Shown here one piece after another: positions 1 through 13,140 of a stretch of DNA of 64,000 nucleotides. A program made the position numbers and the translations under genes. The stretch is taken from positions 5,890,001-5,954,000 of the forward strand of contig OZ059896.1 in assembly GCA_964057225.1 (NCBI GenBank), in the 5' to 3' direction. Below the pieces are notes generated by a model. That model made no database searches and was not told where the DNA came from. It worked only from the letters and a program-made list of their open reading frames with translations. Numbering within the stretch: the stretch's first letter is position 1; each line of letters begins with the position of its first letter. This DNA is from Auanema rhodensis (lineage: Eukaryota; Animalia; Nematoda).

Positions 1-204
1 TCCATGTACACTCAAAATTGCTTCCAAAAACATTTTGACAAAAATTTTTTCGAAAAATTTCAAAATAATTTAGTAAAAAGTAGATGTTTTTAGATTCCTT
101 TTTTCAAGGCAAAAACGATAGACAATGTTATTCAACGAAAAAATTAATTCTTCAGGGTGAAAATCGAGGATATAAGTGTGAACTTATATCAGTTGATATC
201 TCGG

Positions 205-263
205 TGCATTTTTAAGCTAGCGCAAATCTGATAACACAGATCGACGCAGCTTAAAAATCCGCA
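205..263. other. Intra-monomer dyad symmetry or potential stem-loop (shown for monomer 1; present in every monomer)
   Basis: atttttaagct (208-218) and agcttaaaaat (248-258) form a perfect 11-bp inverted repeat enclosing gcg/cgc and atctg/cagat around a 6-nt loop (231-236). Actual folding is not shown by sequence. Confidence 0.8.
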
Positions 264-3200
264 TCGAATGCACTATACTACATTGAGAAACGCTTAATAC
301 AAAAATTAGTTATGATCGTTTGAAAAATGATGCATTAGTGTATGTTGAGTTTCCATGTACACTCAAAATTGCTTCCAAAAACATTTTGACAAAAATTTTT
401 TCGAAAAATTTCAAAATAATTTAGCAAAAAGTAGATGTTTTTAGATTCCTTTTTTCAAGGCAAAAACGATGGACAATGTTATTCAACGAAAAAATTAATT
501 CTTCAGGGTGAAAATCGAGGATATAGGTGTGAACTTATATCAGTTGATATCTCGGTGCATTTTCAAGCTAGCGCAAATCTGATAGTACAGATCGACGCAG
601 CTTAAAAATCCGCATCGAATGCACTATACTACATTGAGAAACGCTTAATACAAAAATTAGTTATGATCGTTTGAAAAATGATGCATTAGTGTATGTTGGG
701 TTTCCATGTACACTCAACATTGCTTCCAAAAACATTTTGACAAAAATTTTTTCGAAAAATTTCAAAATAATTTAGCAAAAAGTAGATGTTTTTAGATTCC
801 TTTTTTCAAGGCAAAAACGATGGACAATGTTATTCAACGAAAAAATTGATTCTTCAAGGTGAAAATCGAGGATATAGGTGTGAACTTATATCAGTTGATA
901 TCTCGGTGCATTTTTAAGCTAGCGCAAATCTGATAACACAGATCGACGCAGCTTAAAAATCCGCATCGAATGCACTATACTACATTGAGAAACGCTTAAT
1001 ACAAAAATTAGTTATGATCGTTTGAAAAATGATGCATTAGTGTATGTTGAGTTTCCATGTACACTCAAAATTGCTTCCAAAAACATTTTGACAAAAATTT
1101 TTTCGAAAAATTTCAGAATAATTTAGCAAAAAGTAGATGTTTTTAGATTCCTTTTTTCAAGGCAAAAACGATGGACAATGTCATTCAACGAAAAAATTAA
1201 TTCTTCAGGGTGAAAATCGAGGATATAGGTGTGAACTTATATCAGTTGATATCTCGGTGCATTTTCAAGCTAGCGCAAATCTGATAACACAGATCGACGC
1301 AGCTTAAAAATCCGCATCGAATGCACTATACTACATTGAGAAAAGCTAAATACAAAAATTAGTTATGATCGTTTGAAAAATGATGCATTAGTGTATGTTG
1401 AGTTTCCATGTACACTCAAAATTGCTTCCAAAAACATTTTGACAAAAATTTTTTCGAAAAATTTCAAAATAATTTAGTAAAAAGTAGATGTTTTTAGATT
1501 CCTTTTTTCAAGGCAAAAACGATAGACAATGTTATTCAACGAAAAAATTAATTCTTCAGGGTGAAAATCGAGGATATAAGTGTGAACTTATATCAGTTGA
1601 TATCTCGGTGCATTTTTAAGCTAGCGCAAATCTGATAACACAGATCGACGCAGCTTAAAAATCCGCATCGAATGCACTATACTACATTGAGAAAAGCTAA
1701 ATACAAAAATTAGTTATGATCGTTTGGAAAATGATGCATTAGTGTATGTTGAGTTTCCATGTACACTCAAAATTTCTTCCAAAAACATTTTGACAAAAAT
1801 TTTTTCGAAAAATTTCAAAATAATTTAGCAAAAAGTAGATGTTTTTAGATTTCTTTTTTCAAGGCAAAAACGATGGACAATGTTATTCAACGAAAAAATT
1901 AATTCTTCAGGGTGAAAATCGAGGATATAGGTGTGAACTTTGATATCTCGGTGCAATGTCAAGCTAGCGCAAATCTGATAGTACAGATCGACGCAGCTTA
2001 AAAATCCGCATCGATTGCACTATACTACATTGAGAAAAGCTAAATACAAAAATTAGTTATGATCGTTTGGAAAATGATGCATTAGTGTATGTTGAGTTTC
2101 CATGTACACTCAAAATTTCTTCCAAAAACATTTTGACAAAAATTTTTTCGAAAAATTTCAAAATAATTTAGCAAAAAGTAGATGTTTTTAGATTTCTTTT
2201 TTCAAGGCAAAAACGATGGACAATGTTATTCAACGAAAAAATTAATTCTTCAGGGTGAAAATCGAGGATATAAGTGTGAACTTATATCAGTTGATATCTC
2301 GGTGCATTTTTAAGCTAGCGCAAATCTGATAACACAGATCGACGCAGCTTAAAAATCCGCATCGAATGCACTATACTACATTGAGAAAAGCTAAATACAA
2401 AAATTAGTTATGATCGTTTGGAAAATGATGCATTAGTGTATGTTGAGTTTCCATGTACACTCAAAATTTCTTCCAAAAACATTTTGACAAAAATTTTTTC
2501 GAAAAATTTCAAAATAATTTAGCAAAAAGTAGATGTTTTTAGATTTCTTTTTTCAAGGCAAAAACGATGGACAATGTTATTCAACGAAAAAATTAATTCT
2601 TCAGGGTGAAAATCGAGGATATAGGTGTGAACTTTGATATCTCGGTGCAATGTCAAGCTAGCGCAAATCTGATAGTACAGATCGACGCAGCTTAAAAATC
2701 CGCATCGATTGCACTATACTACATTGAGAAAAGCTAAATACAAAAATTAGTTATGATCGTTTGGAAAATGATGCATTAGTGTATGTTGAGTTTCCATGTA
2801 CACTCAAAATTTCTTCCAAAAACATTTTGACAAAAATTTTTTCGAAAAATTTCAAAATAATTTAGCAAAAAGTAGATGTTTTTAGATTTCTTTTTTCAAG
2901 GCAAAAACGATGGACAATGTTATTCAACGAAAAAATTAATTCTTCAGGGTGAAAATCGAGGATATAGGTGTGAACTTATATCAGTTGATATCTCGGTGCA
3001 TTTTCAAGCTAGCGCAAATCTGATAGTACAGATCGACGCAGCTTAAAAATCCGCATCGAATGCACTATATTACATTGAGAAAAGCTAAATACAAAAATTA
3101 GTTATGATCGTTTGGAAAATGATGCATTAGTGTATGTTGAGTTTCCATGTACACTCAAAATTTCTTCCAAAAACATTTTGACAAAAATTTTTTCGAAAAA

Positions 3201-5189
3201 TTTCAAAATAATTTAGCAAAAAGTAGATGTTTTTAGATTTCTTTTTTCAAGGCAAAAACGATGGACAATGTTATTCAACGAAAAAATTAATTCTTCAGGG
3301 TGAAAATCGAGGATATAAGTGTGAACTTATATCAGTTGATATCTCGGTGCATTTTTAAGCTAGCGCAAATCTGATAACACAGATCGACGCAGCTTAAAAA
3401 TCCGCATCGAATGCACTATATTCCATTGAGAAAAGCTAAATACAAAAATTAGTTATGATCGTTAGAAAAATGATGCATTAGTGTATGTTGAGTTTCCATG
3501 TACACTCAACATTGCTTCCAAAAACATTTTGACAAAAATTTTTTCGAAAAATTTCAAAATAATTTAGCAAAAAGTAGATGTTTTTAGATTCCTTTTTTCA
3601 AGGCAAAAACGATGGACAATGTTATTCAACGAAAAAATTAATTCTTCAGGGTGAAAATCGAGGATATAAGTGTGAACTTATATCAGTTGATATCTCGGTG
3701 CATTTTTAAGCTAGCGCAAATCTGATAACACAGATCGACGCAGCTTAAAAATCCGCATCGAATGCACTATATTCCATTGAGAAAAGCTAAATACAAAAAT
3801 TAGTTATGATCGTTAGAAAAATGATGCATTAGTGTATGTTGAGTTTCCATGTACACTCAACATTGCTTCCAAAAACATTTTGACAAAAATTTTTTCGAAA
3901 AATTTCCAAATAATTTAGCAAAAAGTAGATGTTTTTAGATTCCTTTTTTCAAGGCAAAAACGATGGACAATGTTATTCAACGAAAAAATTAATTCTTCAG
4001 GGTGAAAATCGAGGATATAAGTGTGAACTTATATCAGTTGATATCTCGGTGCATTTTTAAGCTAGCGCAAATCTGATAACACAGATCGACGCAGCTTAAA
4101 AATCCGCATCGAATGCACTATATTCCATTGAGAAAAGCTAAATACAAAAATTAGTTATGATCGTTAGAAAAATGATGCATTAGTGTATGTTGAGTTTCCA
4201 TGTACACTCAACATTGCTTCCAAAAACATTTTGACAAAAATTTTTTCGAAAAATTTCAAAATAATTTAGCAAAAAGTAGATGTTTTTAGATTCCTTTTTT
4301 CAAGGCAAAAACGATGGACAATGTTATTCAACGAAAAAATTGATTCTTCAAGGTGAAAATCGAGGATATAGGTGTGAACTTATATCAGTTGATATCTCGG
4401 TGCATTGTCAAGCTAGCGCAAATCTGATAGTACAGATCGACGCAGCTTAAAAATCCGCATCGAATGCACTATACTACATTGAGAAAAGCTAAATACAAAA
4501 ATTAGTTATGATCGTTTGAAAAATGATGCATTAGTGTATGTTGAGTTTCCATGTACACTCAACATTGCTTCCAAAAACATTTTGACAAAAATTTTTTCGA
4601 AAAATTTCAAAATAATTTAGTAAAAAGTAGATGTTTTTAGATTCCTTTTTTCAAGGCAAAAACGATAGACAATGTTATTCAACGAAAAAATTAATTCTTC
4701 AGGGTGAAAATCGAGGATATAAGTGTGAACTTATATCAGTTGATATCTCGGTGCATTTTTAAGCTAGCGCAAATCTGATAACACAGATCGACGCAGCTTA
4801 AAAATCCGCATTGAATGCACTATACTACATTGAGAAACGCTTAATACAAAAATTAGTTATGATCGTTTGAAAAATGATGCATTAGTGTATGTTGAGTTTC
4901 CATGTACACTCAAAATTGCTTCCAAAAACATTTTGACAAAAATTTTTTCGAAAAATTTCAGAATAATTTAGCAAAAAGTAGATGTTTTTAGATTCCTTTT
5001 TTCAAGGCAAAAACGATGGACAATGTCATTCAACGAAAAAATTAATTCTTCAGGGTGAAAATCGAGGATATAGGTGTGAACTTATATCAGTTGATATCTC
5101 GGTGCATTTTTAAGCTAGCGCAAATCTGATAACACAGATCGACGCAGCTTAAAAATCCGCATCGAATGCACTATATTCCATTGAGAAAA

Positions 5190-8100
5190 GCTAAATACAA
5201 AAATTTTTTCGAAAAATTTCAAAATAATTTAGCAAAAAGTAGATGTTTTTAGATTCCTTTTTTCAAGGCAAAAACGATAGACAATGTTATTCAACGAAAA
5301 AATTAATTCTTCAGGGTGAAAATCGAGGATATAAGTGTGAACTTATATCAGTTGATATCTCGGTGCATTTTTAAGCTAGCGCAAATCTGATAACATAGAT
5401 CTACGCAGCTTAAAAATCCGCATCGAATGCACTATACTACATTGAGAAACGCTTAATACAAAAATTAGTTATGATCGTTTGAAAAATGATGCATTAGTGT
5501 ATGTTGAGTTTCCATGTACACTCAAAATTGCTTCCAAAAACATTTTGACAAAAATTTTTTCGAAAAATTTCAGAATAATTTAGCAAAAAGTAGATGTTTT
5601 TAGATTCCTTTTTTCAAGGCAAAAACGATGGACAATGTTATTCAACGAAAAAATTGATTCTTCAAGGTGAAAATCGAGGATATAGGTGTGAACTTATATC
5701 AGTTGATATCTCGGTGCATTTTTAAGCTAGCGCAAATCTGATAACACAGATCGACGCAGCTTAAAAATCCGCATCGAATGCACTATACTACATTGAGAAA
5801 AGCTAAATACAAAAATTAGTTATGATCGTTTGAAAAATGATGCATTAGTGTATGTTGAGTTTCCATGTACACTCAAAATTGCTTCCAAAAACATTTTGAC
5901 AAAAATTTTTTCGAAAAATTTCAGAATAATTTAGCAAAAAGTAGATGTTTTTAGATTCCTTTTTTCAAGGCAAAAACGATGGACAATGTTATTCAACGAA
6001 AAAATTAATTCTTCAGGGTGAAAATCGAGGATATAGGTGTGAACTTATATCAGTTGATTTCTCGGTGCATTTTCAAGCTAGCGCAAATCTGATAGTACAG
6101 ATCGACGCAGCTTAAAAATCCGCATCGAATGCACTATACTACATTGAGAAACGCTTAATACAAAAATTAGTTATGATCGTTTGAAAAATGATGCATTAGT
6201 GTATGTTGAGTTTCCATGTACACTCAAAATTGCTTCCAAAAACATTTTGACAAAAATTTTTTCGAAAAATTTCAGAATAATTTAGCAAAAAGTAGATGTT
6301 TTTAGATTCCTTTTTTCAAGGCAAAAACGATGGACAATGTCATTCAACGAAAAAATTAATTCTTCAGGGTGAAAATCGAGGATATAGGTGTGAACTTATA
6401 TCAGTTGATATCTCGGTGCATTTTTAAGCTAGCGCAAATCTGATAACACAGATCGACGCAGCTTAAAAATCCGCATCGAATGCACTATACTACATTGAGA
6501 AAAGCTAAATACAAAAATTAGTTATGATCGTTTGAAAAATGATGCATTAGTGTATGTTGAGTTTCCATGTACACTCAAAATTGCTTCCAAAAACATTTTG
6601 ACAAAAATTTTTTCGAAAAATTTCAGAATAATTTAGCAAAAAGTAGATGTTTTTAGATTCCTTTTTTCAAGGCAAAAACGATGGACAATGTTATTCAACG
6701 AAAAAATTAATTCTTCAGGGTGAAAATCGAGGATATAGGTGTGAACTTATATCAGTTGATTTCTCGGTGCATTTTCAAGCTAGCGCAAATCTGATAGTAC
6801 AGATCGACGCAGCTTAAAAATCCGCATCGAATGCACTATACTACATTGAGAAACGCTTAATACAAAAATTAGTTATGATCGTTTGAAAAATGATGCATTA
6901 GTGTATGTTGAGTTTCCATGTACACTCAAAATTGCTTCCAAAAACATTTTGACAAAAATTTTTTCGAAAAATTTCAGAATAATTTAGCAAAAAGTAGATG
7001 TTTTTAGATTCCTTTTTTCAAGGCAAAAACGATGGACAATGTCATTCAACGAAAAAATTAATTCTTCAGGGTGAAAATCGAGGATATAGGTGTGAACTTA
7101 TATCAGTTGATATCTCGGTGCATTTTTAAGCTAGCGCAAATCTGATAACACAGATCGACGCAGCTTAAAAATCCGCATCGAATGCACTATACTACATTGA
7201 GAAACGCTAAATACAAAAATTTTTTCGAAAAATTTCAAAATAATTTAGCAAAAAGTAGATGTTTTTAGATTCCTTTTTTCAAGGCAAAAACGATAGACAA
7301 TGTTATTCAACGAAAAAATTAATTCTTCAGGGTGAAAATCGAGGATATAAGTGTGAACTTATATCAGTTGATATCTCGGTGCATTTTTAAGCTAGCGCAA
7401 ATCTGATAACATAGATCTACGCAGCTTAAAAATCCGCATCGAATGCACTATACTACATTGAGAAACGCTTAATACAAAAATTAGTTATGATCGTTTGAAA
7501 AATGATGCATTAGTGTATGTTGAGTTTCCATGTACACTCAAAATTGCTTCCAAAAACATTTTGACAAAAATTTTTTCGAAAAATTTCAGAATAATTTAGC
7601 AAAAAGTAGATGTTTTTAGATTCCTTTTTTCAAGGCAAAAACGATGGACAATGTTATTCAACGAAAAAATTGATTCTTCAAGGTGAAAATCGAGGATATA
7701 GGTGTGAACTTATATCAGTTGATATCTCGGTGCATTTTTAAGCTAGCGCAAATCTGATAACACAGATCGACGCAGCTTAAAAATCCGCATCGAATGCACT
7801 ATACTACATTGAGAAAAGCTAAATACAAAAATTAGTTATGATCGTTTGAAAAATGATGCATTAGTGTATGTTGAGTTTCCATGTACACTCAAAATTGCTT
7901 CCAAAAACATTTTGACAAAAATTTTTTCGAAAAATTTCAGAATAATTTAGCAAAAAGTAGATGTTTTTAGATTCCTTTTTTCAAGGCAAAAACGATGGAC
8001 AATGTTATTCAACGAAAAAATTAATTCTTCAGGGTGAAAATCGAGGATATAGGTGTGAACTTATATCAGTTGATTTCTCGGTGCATTTTCAAGCTAGCGC

Positions 8101-9221
8101 AAATCTGATAGTACAGATCGACGCAGCTTAAAAATCCGCATCGAATGCACTATACTACATTGAGAAACGCTTAATACAAAAATTAGTTATGATCGTTTGA
8201 AAAATGATGCATTAGTGTATGTTGAGTTTCCATGTACACTCAAAATTGCTTCCAAAAACATTTTGACAAAAATTTTTTCGAAAAATTTCAGAATAATTTA
8301 GCAAAAAGTAGATGTTTTTAGATTCCTTTTTTCAAGGCAAAAACGATGGACAATGTCATTCAACGAAAAAATTAATTCTTCAGGGTGAAAATCGAGGATA
8401 TAGGTGTGAACTTATATCAGTTGATATCTCGGTGCATTTTTAAGCTAGCGCAAATCTGATAACACAGATCGACGCAGCTTAAAAATCCGCATCGAATGCA
8501 CTATACTACATTGAGAAAAGCTAAATACAAAAATTAGTTATGATCGTTTGAAAAATGATGCATTAGTGTATGTTGAGTTTCCATGTACACTCAAAATTGC
8601 TTCCAAAAACATTTTGACAAAAATTTTTTCGAAAAATTTCAGAATAATTTAGCAAAAAGTAGATGTTTTTAGATTCCTTTTTTCAAGGCAAAAACGATGG
8701 ACAATGTTATTCAACGAAAAAATTAATTCTTCAGGGTGAAAATCGAGGATATAGGTGTGAACTTATATCAGTTGATTTCTCGGTGCATTTTCAAGCTAGC
8801 GCAAATCTGATAGTACAGATCGACGCAGCTTAAAAATCCGCATCGAATGCACTATACTACATTGAGAAACGCTTAATACAAAAATTAGTTATGATCGTTT
8901 GAAAAATGATGCATTAGTGTATGTTGAGTTTCCATGTACACTCAAAATTGCTTCCAAAAACATTTTGACAAAAATTTTTTCGAAAAATTTCAGAATAATT
9001 TAGCAAAAAGTAGATGTTTTTAGATTCCTTTTTTCAAGGCAAAAACGATGGACAATGTCATTCAACGAAAAAATTAATTCTTCAGGGTGAAAATCGAGGA
9101 TATAGGTGTGAACTTATATCAGTTGATATCTCGGTGCATTTTTAAGCTAGCGCAAATCTGATAACACAGATCGACGCAGCTTAAAAATCCGCATCGAATG
9201 CACTATACTACATTGAGAAAC
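5190..9221 (+). repeat. Tandem duplication of a 6-monomer block (2016 bp) containing a 90-bp deletion
   Basis: Fused junction tacaaaaattttttcg at 5197 and 7213, and the private variant atagatctacg at ~5395 and ~7411. Offset 2016 = 6x351-90, with the same order of monomer types in both copies. Confidence 0.9.
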
Positions 9222-12200
9222 GCTTAATACAAAAATTAGTTATGATCGTTTGAAAAATGATGCATTAGTGTATGTTGAGTTTCCATGTACACTCAAAATT
9301 GCTTCCAAAAACATTTTGACAAAAATTTTTTCGAAAAATTTCAGAATAATTTAGCAAAAAGTAGATGTTTTTAGATTCCTTTTTTCAAGGCAAAAACGAT
9401 GGACAATGTTATTCAACGAAAAAATTAATTCTTCAGGGTGAAAATCGAGGATATAGGTGTGAACTTATATCAGTTGATTTCTCGGTGCATTTTCAAGCTA
9501 GCGCAAATCTGATAGTACAGATCGACGCAGCTTAAAAATCCGCATCGAATGCACTATACTACATTGAGAAACGCTTAATACAAAAATTAGTTATGATCGT
9601 TTGAAAAATGATGCATTAGTGTATGTTGAGTTTCCATGTACACTCAAAATTGCTTCCAAAAACATTTTGACAAAAATTTTTTCGAAAAATTTCAGAATAA
9701 TTTAGCAAAAAGTAGATGTTTTTAGATTCCTTTTTTCAAGGCAAAAACGATGGACAATGTTATTCAACGAAAAAATTGATTCTTCAGGGTGAAAATCGAG
9801 GATATAGGTGTGAACTTATATCAGTTGATATCTCGGTGCATTTTTAAGCTAGCGCAAATCTGATAACACAGATCGACGCAGCTTAAAAATCCGCATCGAA
9901 TGCACTATACTACATTGAGAAACGCTTAATACAAAAATTAGTTATGATCGTTTGAAAAATGATGCATTAGTGTATGTTGAGTTTCCATGTACACTCAAAA
10001 TTGCTTCCAAAAACATTTTGACAAAAATTTTTTCGAAAAATTTCAGAATAATTTAGCAAAAAGTAGATGTTTTTAGATTCCTTTTTTCAAGGCAAAAACG
10101 ATGGACAATGTTATTCAACGAAAAAATTAATTCTTCAGGGTGAAAATCGAGGATATAGGTGTGAACTTATATCAGTTGATTTCTCGGTGCATTTTCAAGC
10201 TAGCGCAAATCTGATAGTACAGATCGACGCAGCTTAAAAATCCGCATCGAATGCACTATACTACATTGAGAAACGCTTAATACAAAAATTAGTTATGATC
10301 GTTTGAAAAATGATGCATTAGTGTATGTTGAGTTTCCATGTACACTCAAAATTGCTTCCAAAAACATTTTGACAAAAATTTTTTCGAAAAATTTCAGAAT
10401 AATTTAGCAAAAAGTAGATGTTTTTAGATTCCTTTTTTCAAGGCAAAAACGATGGACAATGTTATTCAACGAAAAAATTGATTCTTCAGGGTGAAAATCG
10501 AGGATATAGGTGTGAACTTATATCAGTTGATATCTCGGTGCATTTTTAAGCTAGCGCAAATCTGATAACACAGATCGACGCAGCTTAAAAATCCGCATCG
10601 AATGCACTATACTACATTGAGAAACGCTTAATACAAAAATTAGTTATGATCGTTTGAAAAATGATGCATTAGTGTATGTTGAGTTTCCATGTACACTCAA
10701 AATTGCTTCCAAAAACATTTTGACAAAAATTTTTTCGAAAAATTTCAGAATAATTTAGCAAAAAGTAGATGTTTTTAGATTCCTTTTTTCAAGGCAAAAA
10801 CGATGGACAATGTCATTCAACGAAAAAATTAATTCTTCAGGGTGAAAATCGAGGATATAGGTGTGAACTTATATCAGTTGATTTCTCGGTGCATTTTCAA
10901 GCTAGCGCAAATCTGATAGTACAGATCGACGCAGCTTAAAAATCCGCATCGAATGCACTATACTACATTGAGAAACGCTTAATACAAAAATTAGTTATGA
11001 TCGTTTGAAAAATGATGCATTAGTGTATGTTGAGTTTCCATGTACACTCAAAATTGCTTCCAAAAACATTTTGACAAAAATTTTTTCGAAAAATTTCAGA
11101 ATAATTTAGCAAAAAGTAGATGTTTTTAGATTCCTTTTTTCAAGGCAAAAACGATGGACAATGTCATTCAACGAAAAAATTAATTCTTCAGGGTGAAAAT
11201 CGAGGATATAGGTGTGAACTTATATCAGTTGATATCTCGGTGCATTTTTAAGCTAGCGCAAATCTGATAACACAGATCGACGCAGCTTAAAAATCCGCAT
11301 CGAATGCACTATACTACATTGAGAAACGCTTAATACAAAAATTAGTTATGATCGTTTGAAAAATGATGCATTAGTGTATGTTGAGTTTCCATGTACACTC
11401 AAAATTGCTTCCAAAAACATTTTGACAAAAATTTTTTCGAAAAATTTCAGAATAATTTAGCAAAAAGTAGATGTTTTTAGATTCCTTTTTTCAAGGCAAA
11501 AACGATGGACAATGTTATTCAACGAAAAAATTGATTCTTCAGGGTGAAAATCGAGGATATAGGTGTGAACTTATATCAGTTGATATCTCGGTGCATTTTT
11601 AAGCTAGCGCAAATCTGATAACACAGATCGACGCAGCTTAAAAATCCGCATCGAATGCACTATACTACATTGAGAAACGCTTAATACAAAAATTAGTTAT
11701 GATCGTTTGAAAAATGATGCATTAGTGTATGTTGAGTTTCCATGTACACTCAAAATTGCTTCCAAAAACATTTTGACAAAAATTTTTTCGAAAAATTTCA
11801 GAATAATTTAGCAAAAAGTAGATGTTTTTAGATTCCTTTTTTCAAGGCAAAAACGATGGACAATGTTATTCAACGAAAAAATTGATTCTTCAAGGTGAAA
11901 ATCGAGGATATAGGTGTGAACTTATATCAGTTGATATCTCGGTGCATTTTTAAGCTAGCGCAAATCTGATAACACAGATCGACGCAGCTTAAAAATCCGC
12001 ATCGAATGCACTATACTACATTGAGAAACGCTTAATACAAAAATTAGTTATGATCGTTTGAAAAATGATGCATTAGTGTATGTTGAGTTTCCATGTACAC
12101 TCAAAATTGCTTCCAAAAACATTTTGACAAAAATTTTTTCGAAAAATTTCAGAATAATTTAGCAAAAAGTAGATGTTTTTAGATTCCTTTTTTCAAGGCA

Positions 12201-13140
12201 AAAACGATGGACAATGTCATTCAACGAAAAAATTAATTCTTCAGGGTGAAAATCGAGGATATAGGTGTGAACTTATATCAGTTGATATCTCGGTGCATTT
12301 TCAAGCTAGCGCAAATCTGATAACACAGATCGACGCAGCTTAAAAATCCGCATCGAATGCACTATACTACATTGAGAAAAGCTAAATACAAAAATTAGTT
12401 ATGATCGTTTGAAAAATGATGCATTAGTGTATGTTGAGTTTCCATGTACACTCAAAATTGCTTCCAAAAACATTTTGACAAAAATTTTTTCGAAAAATTT
12501 CAGAATAATTTAGCAAAAAGTAGATGTTTTTAGATTCCTTTTTTCAAGGCAAAAACGATGGACAATGTTATTCAACGAAAAAATTGATTCTTCAAGGTGA
12601 AAATCGAGGATATAGGTGTGAACTTATATCAGTTGATATCTCGGTGCATTTTAAGCTAGCGCAAATCTGATAACACAGATCGACGCAGCTTAAAAATCCG
12701 CATCGAATGCACTATACTACATTGAGAAACGCTTAATACAAAAATTAGTTATGATCGTTTGAAAAATGATGCATTAGTGTATGTTGAGTTTCCATGTACA
12801 CTCAAAATTGCTTCCAAAAACATTTTGACAAAAATTTTTTCGAAAAATTTCAGAATAATTTAGCAAAAAGTAGATGTTTTTAGATTCCTTTTTTCAAGGA
12901 AAAAACGATGGACAATGTTATTCAACGAAAAAATTAATTCTTCAGGGTGAAAATCGAGGATATAGGTGTGAACTTATATCAGTTGTATCTCGGTGCATTT
13001 TCAAGCTAGCGCAAATCTGATAACACAGATCGACGCAGCTTAAAAATCCGCATCGAATGCACTATACTACATTGAGAAAAGCTAAATACAAAAATTAGTT
13101 ATGATCGTTTGAAAAATGATGCATTAGTGTATGTTGAGTT

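Noticed and set aside
4-93. 29-codon ORF (MYTQNCFQKHFDKNFFEKFQNNLVKSRCF) in each monomer, read through to position 147 in terminal monomers where tag becomes cag, gag or caa
   Set aside because: Its length is expected by chance and there is no recognisable domain or expression signal.
1-351. Assignment to a named satellite family (e.g. ~350-360-bp beetle satellites or Drosophila 1.688/359-bp) or a CENP-B box
   Set aside because: Only size and AT-richness are similar. I do not recognise the sequence and see no canonical CENP-B box, so a database search is required.
5394-5404. Double substitution creating the palindrome tagatcta as a quasi-palindrome template-switch mutation
   Set aside because: The two changes would need copying in opposite directions, so a single switch does not explain them. 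The second occurrence (~7411) is just the 6-mer duplication.
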